Source: Candidatus Cloacimonadales bacterium (GTDB lineage: Bacteria > Cloacimonadota > Cloacimonadia > Cloacimonadales > JAFGVF01). Taken from it: DNA of 64,000 nucleotides. The notes beneath the pieces are model-generated. The model ran no database searches, was not told the DNA's origin, and saw only the letters and a program-made list of their open reading frames with translations. The DNA lies in contig CAXXJV010000001.1 in assembly GCA_963663475.2 (NCBI GenBank), positions 256,001-320,000 on the forward strand, in the 5' to 3' direction. Below are positions 19,701 through 28,288 of the stretch, one piece after another. A program made the translations under genes and the position numbers. The first letter of the stretch is position 1, and each line of letters begins with the position of its first letter.

Positions 19701-20812
19701 GGAGTAGATTCAATCCCACGAGCTAATCTAAAAGATAGGAAAGGATATTCATTTGATAAACTATAGTAGAATCTATTCGAGACAGAACAGTTTTCTGAAG
19801 AACTACCAAAATCTCCTCCTCTAGCTGTCTTAAAACCACCATTACTTGGTCCTGTAGGATTATCCTGAGCAATATTAGGATAGATTTCTTGCCAAAAGTC
19901 CTGACACCATTCAATTGCATTTCCACTCATATCATAAAGGCCAAGCTCATTTGCTTCTTTTTGTCCTACATCTTTAGTTCCATAGTTGCTATCGGTATTA
20001 TTCTCCTCATACCAAGCATAATCTGATAACTCACCTTGATTATTGGTTCCTGCCCATTGGTTATAGTTGTGAGGACTATTATGATTTCCTCCTTTAGCAG
20101 CAAACATCCATTCCATCTCGGTTGGAAGTCGATAACCATTAGCTTGATAGTCACAATCTAACAAAGAATAATTATTGATTTCAGCTGGCCAATTATCTGG
20201 ATCAGACCCATAAGCACCATACGCGTAACAGGGGGTTAAATCTTCCATTAGAGACCTTGTGTTACAGTATTTAATAGTATCTAACCATTTAACTAAAATT
20301 ACAGGTTTTGTCTCACCTATGAAATCTTGACTCGGATTATAACCCATTACAGCTTCAAATTCACTCTGAGTCATTTCATACTTATCAATAAAGAAGTCAC
20401 TTAGACTTATATCAGCTCTTCCGTTATGAAAAAATCCTCCCTCAACCTTTGTAAAAGAAAGAAAATTATTCTCATCATCAAGCGGGTTATCTCGGGCTAT
20501 TATCTTTATCTGAAAATTATCTCCTGCCTGAATATTATCAGCTGCATAGTTCCAAACAATTTGCTTTCTACCTCCAGGAGACACATTAGCACCTATTGAA
20601 CCTGACAGGTTTCTAGGATATATTTTAAAAGAATTACCCCCATCATTAGAGGCAACAATTGAAACATGACAAGAATTAGCAGAACTTAAACTATAATTAA
20701 TATATACATTTACAGAATCAGAACTTATACCTATTCGTGAAACTTCTGGTACTGTTGAAAAGAGCAGGCTAAAACTTAAAAAAAAGAGGCTTATAATAAA
20801 ATATTTCTTCAT
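16703..20812 (-). CDS. Secreted FGE-sulfatase(SUMF1)/CLec-fold repeat protein: N-terminal Ig-like domain + 4 FGE domains separated by 3 Fn3-associated/CHB_HEX_C-like domains; no CTD
   Basis: Four ANGYRLPTE.EW / N.LGLYDM.GN..EW / RGG...GFR units; three IY(Y/F)T(L/I)DGS.P units; paralog of 13051..15387. Confidence 0.85.
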   Translation of the reverse strand: MKKYFIISLFFLSFSLLFSTVPEVSRIGISSDSVNVYINYSLSSANSCHVSIVASNDGGNSFKIYPRNLSGSIGANVSPGGRKQIVWNYAADNIQAGDNFQIKIIARDNPLDDENNFLSFTKVEGGFFHNGRADISLSDFFIDKYEMTQSEFEAVMGYNPSQDFIGETKPVILVKWLDTIKYCNTRSLMEDLTPCYAYGAYGSDPDNWPAEINNYSLLDCDYQANGYRLPTEMEWMFAAKGGNHNSPHNYNQWAGTNNQGELSDYAWYEENNTDSNYGTKDVGQKEANELGLYDMSGNAIEWCQDFWQEIYPNIAQDNPTGPSNGGFKTARGGDFGSSSENCSVSNRFYYSLSNEYPFLSFRLARGIESTPLQAVANPSISPASGLYYQAQTISFYGGQGRPEIYYTLDGSDPDLTSTKYTSPFEISETTTIKARAYKQGWKQSEIVTSDIEIEVIEADFVYLEGGSFFNGSGDVAITPFYINKYEVNQADYTSLMGANPSSFAGDDKPVDQVSWFEAVKYCNLKSIERGLEPCYDYNREGTDPNNWSQGWDLVNNESRYRCNFAANGYRLPTEMEWMFAAKGGLASPPVDFNDWPGTNESSQVGNYAWYNSNASGQTHSVGSKTPNQLGLYDMAGNVAEWCWDKHADYTSEAQEDPQGGSIAINRIYRGGSWLNSAANTKLMIRNQETPDASNFSIGFRTVRKLGYTHLSPTDSPDISPDADSYRIPKTITLSSQYPDIEIYYTLDGSDPNMGSEHYDQPFTIYETTSVKARAYKEGLKYSEIVSADYEIELLVNDFVSIEGGSFYNGTSDITISNFFINRYEITQGEYEAVMGNNPSEIVQSYGIDPDFPVYMVSWFDAIKFCNIRSIQDGLTPCYSVGDSGVNPDNWPTGWNSAINHENVNCDFIANGYRLPTEMEWMYAAKGGNQTPTWGYDNISGGCWNSFNNTPNGTKPVGLLEPNALGLYDMSGNVYEWTWDIYGDYPPGPQLNPWGAETGEDRITRGGAWNTGVSYCTVLHRQATLPSNRINNVGFRLARSLAFVIPETTPNPIISPLGGDYDSVQTITMSSEHENAEIYFTIDGSEPDRDSFLYTDPFYISVDTSVKARAFEYSFLASEILTYEYNFAENQDFVYVPSGSFTMGAPYGGLIDEEPTHEVQLNSFYISKFEVSLADYYQVMQVDPSSHHDFSLPLDNITWQEALSYCNAKSIAEELTPCYDLTDYSCDFTANGYRLPTEAEWEYAARGASMTPNYLYSGSNEVDYIAWYSDNSNESSHPSGLKAANQLGLYDMSGNVGEWCYDRYQTNYYENFADETAVNPIGPDYGPKRVYRGGDWNSPPYNMVITRRYSGFPHYLLPKIGIRLVRSNMD

Positions 20813-20820
20813 TTTCTCTC

Positions 20821-21537
20821 CTATTTTAAGAGCAATATCTTGCTAATTTTACTATATGTTGGAGACTTCATTTTAATGAAATAAACCCCATTACTACACT
20901 TTCTACCTGCATCATCATAACCATTCCAGTCTAGCCTATGATTCCCAGAATTAATTGTTCTTTTCTGAACTACCTGTCCCTTTAGATTATAAATAGTTAG
21001 AGTACTTGTTTCATTTTCCTTCACCTTTACTTCAATATTTGCAGAAATATTAGCATGGAATGGATTAGGATAAATGGAAACTAATTCTGTACTTTCAGGT
21101 AGAGGACTTACGTCTTGGTCATTTTCTATCTTTACGCTTATAGGTCCAAAGAAATTACTCCCACTATAATCAACACTTTGTAACCAGTAATAATAATTAA
21201 TTTCTGTCTCTAGCTCAAAATCCTGATACATATAATCATTAGATAAGGCAGAGTTTTGACCAGGAATTATTGAAGGTGTTATTATAATAGCTTGGGAAAG
21301 ACTAGGTTCTTGCCCTCGATGAAGGTGATAACCAATTAAATTCATCTCTGATTCACTTGTCCAATTGATAGTAATACTTTGATTATCAGAATTTGCCATT
21401 GCATAAAAAGCAGACAAGGTAACTGGAAGTGTTTCATCAGTTATTGAAAATATAGGTGAAAGAGAAAAGCCTGTAAAAGCATTTACTAATGTAAAATTTA
21501 CAATTAATATAGCTAAAATAATTAAAATCTTCTTCAT
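20821..21537 (-). CDS. 238-aa secreted protein: short N-terminal peptide + LPVTLSAF Ig module + CTD
   Basis: Signal peptide, FTGFSLSPIFSITDETLPVTLSAF, YYYWLQSV, IYPNPF...IYNLKGQVV...SKILLLK. Confidence 0.85.
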   Translation of the reverse strand: MKKILIILAILIVNFTLVNAFTGFSLSPIFSITDETLPVTLSAFYAMANSDNQSITINWTSESEMNLIGYHLHRGQEPSLSQAIIITPSIIPGQNSALSNDYMYQDFELETEINYYYWLQSVDYSGSNFFGPISVKIENDQDVSPLPESTELVSIYPNPFHANISANIEVKVKENETSTLTIYNLKGQVVQKRTINSGNHRLDWNGYDDAGRKCSNGVYFIKMKSPTYSKISKILLLK

Positions 21538-21655
21538 TTTTACCCCACGTAATATTATAGTCTGCTAATATTTATTACTTTGATAAGATATGTCAAGTTT
21601 TTTAATAAAATAAATAATATTCATTGAGTAAAAGTGTTTATTAAGCTAGTGGTTA

Positions 21656-21819
21656 ACTCAGATAGTGTAGTAGAGCTTTAGTGAAGAGTGCATATTATTC
21701 TAGAAAAATAGCTTACAGAATTTTGACACATATATTTTATATATTCGGAGAAATTATGGATCTTGCTTTTGAAGAAGAATATTCTGCTATTCACAAAGGC
21801 CTTCTGCATTGTTTTGGGA
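21656..21819 (+). mobile_element. Family-A fold-back MITE, full length
   Basis: TTA|actcagat...ttttggga|TTA; aligns with other copies. Confidence 0.85.
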
Positions 21820-21827
21820 TTAAATAT

Positions 21828-21849
21828 GGATCAAGTTCAAGTCTGGTGG
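21828..21849 (+). repeat. Family-B terminal repeat
   Basis: ggatcaagttcaagtctggtgg, matches 32594 and reverse complement at 33050 and 48164. Confidence 0.75.
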
Positions 21850-21948
21850 AAATTATGTTACATTATTTTGCACTAGATATTGTTGTATTACAGTAGTTTA
21901 CTGATTATTAGTTACTATTGATAGTATTATTTTAGCAGAATAAGATAT

Positions 21949-22153
21949 AATCCTGAAAGGATAGGTCTTATATCCCCAGAGGGGATTAATAGATTAGCCC
22001 AGGGTAAAATCCTAAAGGGATTGCAACCCTGGGTTATGATTCATATAAAAAGTATCACCCTGTAAGGGTTTAATAAAAACATATATATCAAAGACTTATT
22101 ATATTACCTTGTTACCATTATATTAACCCATTACAGGGTTCCCATACAGGGTT
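21949..22153. repeat. Family-C hairpin cluster (CCCTGAAAGGG / AGCCCAGGG...CCCTGGG type), partial
   Basis: Multiple short hairpins; homologous to 32714..33000. Confidence 0.75.
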
Positions 22154-22193
22154 AGGTCGTAATTTTGGATATTCCCCTTAATTATGATATGAG

Positions 22194-22220
22194 AAAAGCG
22201 GAGATTAATCTCCGCTTTTT
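22194..22220 (-). terminator. groEL terminator
   Basis: aaaagcggagat-ta-atctccgctttt. Confidence 0.75.
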
Positions 22221-22243
22221 CTTATATTTTACTAAAGTCTTTT

Positions 22244-23902
<1,659 letters not shown>

Positions 23903-23924
23903 TTAATTTTTCTTTATTTTAATT

Positions 23925-23951
23925 TTAGCAATCATATTATCTGTTTGCTAA
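23925..23951. promoter_or_regulatory. CIRCE-like HrcA operator upstream of groEL
   Basis: TTAGCAATC-N9-GTTTGCTAA versus consensus TTAGCACTC-N9-GAGTGCTAA; TTGACA on minus strand at 23972-23977. Confidence 0.8.
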
Positions 23952-24133
23952 AAAATCATAGTATTAAATTTTGTCAAATACTTTTTTTACTTTTTCTTTT
24001 TTAGGATGAAAAATATATTTGAGAAGTTTATCTTAATGGAATTGATTAGCTTTTCCTTTAGGGTCTAGTGGGCCTTTATTAGACCTTTATTGCTTGTTTA
24101 TAGGGGATTACTACAATAGACACCTGATAGTTA

Positions 24134-24236
24134 AGTCAGAATAGCCCAGTAGGACTTTGATAATACTTCGTTAAAACTACGTATCACAGATGAAGAGTGC
24201 TAGATTCTTTAGCAAAACAAGTTACAGAATTTGAGT
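24134..24236 (+). mobile_element. Family-A MITE, left part, carrying 30-bp family-E insert
   Basis: Matches family-A left arm, interrupted by gataatacttcgttaaaactacgtatcaca (24159-24188). Confidence 0.7.
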
Positions 24237-24263
24237 AAACTTAGAAAAGCTTAGTTTTAGTTA

Positions 24264-25223
24264 TTATTTTCCTTGAATCACCTTTCCTAAGCTAGGATCG
24301 GTTTCTTTAGTAATATCTCCAATTCTCTGATTATAGACCCCTTTTGAGTTTGTTAGCATTCTCATACCTACATCACCACTGGCATATTGGGGATTTATAC
24401 TTACTACTTTGCGAGGTATAATAGGGATTTCTTCAATTTGAATATTTTTATTATTAATTACAGAAAAAAGTATTCCAAAGACTTTGTTTTGATCATTGGT
24501 ATCCTTATATAATACAGCAAGCCTATAATTACTTCTTGAATAAAAAGTTAATCTATAACCACAAACTTTTTTTATATCTATTTGGGAAATAGAGTCATGT
24601 ATTATGCAATTTCTTGAATAATTTTTAAGTTCATTAAGGTTATTATTCTTTAGAGCACTTTCGATCTTACTTACAAAATTCTTAATGTTAACGTGCATTT
24701 TTGTCCCTGGTATTGTGTCAAAATCAATAACATCTGTTTCAAGAAGTCTATAGAATTTAATTTCTCTAAGAGCTGAATAAATGCGATTCTTTAAAACATT
24801 CTTTTTTATTCTATAACACTTACTTAGTTTAGACAAGCTATATTCCTTGGGTATATACTTCTTTAAAATCTTCTTATCAGTCTCATTTAAGAAAGTGTAA
24901 TTATCTAACTCACCTAGTATAGATTTTACATCTTTCTGACCATGGTCATTATCATCTTCTTGTTGTTCTTCTGCTTGCTTATTAAGCTGGATATTATTTA
25001 TAAGCTTGCTTGTATTTTTATCCGCTTTATGAAAATCAATACATAAGTTTTTAGAAACAGTATAAACCCAATTAACTAGGTTTTCTAAGTTAACACTTTC
25101 TCTATTGAGATAATATTGAATCATTGTCTGTTGTATTACATCATCGACGTAGATATTGCCATAGAGATACTTGAGAGCAACTCTCCGAGAGACATTCTCT
25201 ACTATTTTCAGAGTATCAAGCAT
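24264..25223 (-). CDS. Divergent ECF-like sigma-70 factor with long C-terminal extension
   Basis: Region-2-like DDVIQQTMI...NWVYTVSKNLCIDF; region-4-like LNETDKKIL...YSLSKLS...LKNRIYSALREI; ~150-aa extra C-terminal domain. Confidence 0.65.
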   Translation of the reverse strand: MLDTLKIVENVSRRVALKYLYGNIYVDDVIQQTMIQYYLNRESVNLENLVNWVYTVSKNLCIDFHKADKNTSKLINNIQLNKQAEEQQEDDNDHGQKDVKSILGELDNYTFLNETDKKILKKYIPKEYSLSKLSKCYRIKKNVLKNRIYSALREIKFYRLLETDVIDFDTIPGTKMHVNIKNFVSKIESALKNNNLNELKNYSRNCIIHDSISQIDIKKVCGYRLTFYSRSNYRLAVLYKDTNDQNKVFGILFSVINNKNIQIEEIPIIPRKVVSINPQYASGDVGMRMLTNSKGVYNQRIGDITKETDPSLGKVIQGK

Positions 25224-25390
25224 TAACGCTCCTTTCCTATCATTTTTAATAGCAATACTTTATAATACCTTTCTATGACTTTTAAAATTTCTCAGTAAAA
25301 ATAGTGAGAGTTAATAATGACTGAAAAAGTATTAATGTAATTATTACTGTTACTAAGCTATGTTTGTATTTTTTCTAGTCAAGTTAATTA

Positions 25391-25578
25391 TCCCAAATGG
25401 GGTAATAGAACTTTCATAAAGAGTAATAGATTCTTTTAGTAAAGTAAGTTACAGAATTTGATGGCAGATAATCCCAGACGTCTAGTAGAACTTTAGTGAA
25501 GAGTAAAGATTCCTCAAGCCAAATAGATTACTTGTGTAAAAGCAAATATTGCTATTCGCCAAAGGTCTACAACATTTA
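25391..25578 (+). mobile_element. Two tandem/nested partial family-A copies
   Basis: TTA|tcccaaatgg... left arm to ~25468, then TAA|tcccagacg... internally deleted copy. Confidence 0.7.
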
Positions 25579-25770
25579 TAAGAATTATAATCAGCTTATA
25601 ATCTTAGCTTTGTCTGGGCTTGCAGAAAAACCCTATGCGAATAATTATCTGAATTTTGAATATAATTTTAGTCTAGTAAAAGCTAATGATTCCGAAGAAT
25701 TATTTATTGTTTTCTGGTAGCTTATATAAATGAAGATAAAATGAAACATATATTTATGGGAATAAGTTTA

Positions 25771-25999
25771 ACCCAGATAGTCTAGTAGAACTTAATCCCG
25801 AATGGTGTAGTAGAACTTTAGTGAAGAGTGCAGATTATTCTAGCAAAATAGCTTACAGAATTTTGACTCATATAACATATATATTCGGAGAAATTATGGA
25901 AGTTACTTTTGCAGAATAATATAGTGCTATTCACAAAGGTCTAATGCATTATTTGGGATAATATAGAGCTAATCATAAAGGTTGACTGTATTATTTGGT
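25771..25999 (+). mobile_element. Nested family-A MITEs: full copy 25796-25958 inside an older deleted copy
   Basis: Outer TTA|accc...ggt|TTA; inner TAA|tcccgaat...ttggga|TAA. Confidence 0.85.
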
Positions 26000-26135
26000 T
26001 TAAGGAGAGGCATAACTTTCTACTAACTAGTTTTTTATGTTTTTCTGTTGTCATTATTTTCTCTAGTAAGAAGAAAATTTTGCTAGCTCCTTACTTGTTC
26101 CCTTTAGCCTGAGGTAAGATGCTGACTTGTGAAGG

Positions 26136-26151
26136 CGTAGCTTTAGCGAAG
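26136..26151 (-). repeat. Family-E short motif CTTCGCTAAAGCTACG
   Basis: Identical 16-mer at 60510-60525 (+); variant at ~24166-24181. Confidence 0.6.
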
Positions 26152-26165
26152 ACTCAAAGAAAAAT

Positions 26166-26187
26166 GTGGAAGCAGGGATGCTTCCAC
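26166..26187 (-). terminator. Hairpin downstream of 26248..26640
   Basis: gtggaagca-ggga-tgcttccac preceded by A run. Confidence 0.55.
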
Positions 26188-26247
26188 TTCATAAGATCAA
26201 CTACATTATTTTGGGTTAAATTCTTAGAAAATCACTCAAGAATACAT

Positions 26248-26640
26248 TTATAGTGAAAAATCTATCTGGTAAAATCCCTGTTGGAAGTTAATATTTTTTA
26301 TAACTATCCCTACTCCCTTGTCTTGAAGGAGCTGATCAGCATTCATTTTAATAAAGTCATCTTCAATTGATATAACGCCCTTAGTTCTATCTTTAATTAC
26401 ATTTTTAAGTAGGTTTAAGAACATTTTCGGTATATTGCAAGAGTAGGTAAAGAGAATCATACCTAGATTATAAGAATCAAATTTTAGATTAATTTTGATT
26501 TCCATAGGAATTTTCTCAATTTTAAGAAGTACTCTAAAAGTATTTTCTTTAATAGAATATTCTTTAATTAGGTCAGGAATATTAGGTATTTTATTGAGTT
26601 TTTCAGTTATTTCGTCTGGTGTAATAATTAATAGTGGCAT
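26248..26640 (-). CDS. Hypothetical protein
   Basis: 130-aa ORF with GGAGG RBS, co-oriented behind UGPase. Confidence 0.7.
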   Translation of the reverse strand: MPLLIITPDEITEKLNKIPNIPDLIKEYSIKENTFRVLLKIEKIPMEIKINLKFDSYNLGMILFTYSCNIPKMFLNLLKNVIKDRTKGVISIEDDFIKMNADQLLQDKGVGIVIKNINFQQGFYQIDFSL

Positions 26641-26666
26641 AGATCCTCCATAGTTATTTTTACAGT

Positions 26667-28034
26667 CTAAAAGGTTACATCTTCATTATTGAGGATAGCA
26701 TCAGAGATCCTCTCTTTCTCTTGACTTTTAATAGTTACATCACCGACAATATAAACTTCTTTACCAAAAAGGATATTTCCTTCAATTTTAAGGCTATTAC
26801 ATTGAATTAGAGAAGGAACTTCTCTGAAGTGATTTTTTAGTTGTTCAACAGTTTTATAGAAATTATTATCTAATTCTATGGTAGGAGCTTTTTCCAATCC
26901 TTCGGTTAAAACTATTTGATAATCACTATTGATTTTATAAACATCAGACCAGATAAGGAGTAAGTCATTAGTCTTTTTCACAGGTGCAAATCTTGATCTT
27001 GGAACAACAATAGCTTTAGCATCTTTAAAGACACTTATAGCAGCTCCCATAGCAGTTTCAATTTGGTAAACATCAATATCATTAACTTTTTTAGGATTAA
27101 TAATCAGAGGTAATTCGATAGTATTATTATTTTCCAAGAGAGTCTTCTTCAAAACTTTCAAATTAACCCACAAATTATTTGTGTTAAAATAGCTATATTT
27201 CTTTATGTCTTGGAATTCAGAAATTTCATTTTCAGGACACTGAGCAACTTCTCTAAGAATTAAATTACCTTCTTTAGTTTGAGCAAGATGGCCTCCCTTC
27301 TTATCCATTTCAGTTCTCCGACAGACTTCCATTATGAAAGGAATTTCTTCTCTATCCATATAAGTAAGGATTTTAGGGTCAATTACTGCTCCCAAATTAT
27401 CTGAATTTGAAATAAAGGCATAATTATAGTTTTTATCTAAAAGAGAGTCTAACAAACCTGAAGAATAGAGGGCAGAATAGATATCACCATGTCCAGGAGG
27501 ATTCCAATTTTGGTCATCATCTTCAAGTTCTAGAGCTTGCATATTGTCTTGTCTTATGCGTGGATATTTATTCTGCAAGAAATCTAAATCAAGATCATCA
27601 AGTTTAAGATTTTTATAGTTCTCAAGAAGTTCTAAAGTATCTTGTCTAGTCTTGTAGCTATTCATGAAAATTAGGGGTATCTGGGATTGATATTTTTCTC
27701 TCAAAGAGATTATCTGATTAGCTAGAATATCCAAGAAAGTCATTTCTCCTTTTACTGGAAGCAGGGATTTTGCTTTATCAAGTCCCATACTAGTACCTAA
27801 ACCACCATTTAATTTAATTACAGCTAATTGATTAAGCAGGGCATTATCTTGTTTAGTCAAGGCATCATAATTTATTAAATTAAGTCGATTAGGACTTTCT
27901 ATCATATCATTAGATAGTTTTCCTGTATTACCTTCCTGAAGTTGATTATAGTACTTAATAAAAGTATCTATTACATTTTCATCTAGGTCAGCTTGTCTCA
28001 TTTTCAGCTTAAAAGCTTCAATTTTACTTTCCAT
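26667..28034 (-). CDS. UTP--glucose-1-phosphate uridylyltransferase, eukaryote-type UDPGP family
   Basis: KLNGGLGTSMG..KAKS, WNPPGHGD, SNSDNLGA, DKKGG, FNTNNLW, RFAPVK. Confidence 0.92.
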   Translation of the reverse strand: MESKIEAFKLKMRQADLDENVIDTFIKYYNQLQEGNTGKLSNDMIESPNRLNLINYDALTKQDNALLNQLAVIKLNGGLGTSMGLDKAKSLLPVKGEMTFLDILANQIISLREKYQSQIPLIFMNSYKTRQDTLELLENYKNLKLDDLDLDFLQNKYPRIRQDNMQALELEDDDQNWNPPGHGDIYSALYSSGLLDSLLDKNYNYAFISNSDNLGAVIDPKILTYMDREEIPFIMEVCRRTEMDKKGGHLAQTKEGNLILREVAQCPENEISEFQDIKKYSYFNTNNLWVNLKVLKKTLLENNNTIELPLIINPKKVNDIDVYQIETAMGAAISVFKDAKAIVVPRSRFAPVKKTNDLLLIWSDVYKINSDYQIVLTEGLEKAPTIELDNNFYKTVEQLKNHFREVPSLIQCNSLKIEGNILFGKEVYIVGDVTIKSQEKERISDAILNNEDVTF

Positions 28035-28065
28035 ATATTGCTCCTAATTAAATCCACTTATACTA

Positions 28066-28226
28066 TCCCAAATAATGCAGTAGATCTTTGCGAATAGCAG
28101 AATCTTATTTTGCAAAAGTAAGCTACATAATTTTCTAGAATATATATTATATGCCTTCAAGTTCTGTAACTTTTTTGCTAAAATAATCTAGCACTCTTCA
28201 TCAAAGTTTTAATCCACAATTCGGGA
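28066..28226 (-). mobile_element. Family-A fold-back MITE, full length, inverted
   Basis: cta|tcccaaataatgcagtag...ttcggga|tta; reverse complement of the 41134 copy. Confidence 0.85.
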
Positions 28227-28247
28227 TTATACTCAAGTTTTTTTAGC

Positions 28248-28271
28248 AGAGAGTGTGTTCCCACACTCTCT
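28248..28271 (-). terminator. Hairpin downstream of hutU
   Basis: agagagtgtg-ttcc-cacactctct. Confidence 0.55.
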
Positions 28272-28288
28272 GGCTATTTTTATGTTAA

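Noticed and set aside
13051-20812. Active diversity-generating retroelement acting on the FGE domains
   Set aside because: No reverse transcriptase or AAC-rich template repeat in the window, and the six domain ends differ at non-adenine and synonymous positions, unlike variable repeats copied from one template. A trans-acting DGR is not excluded.
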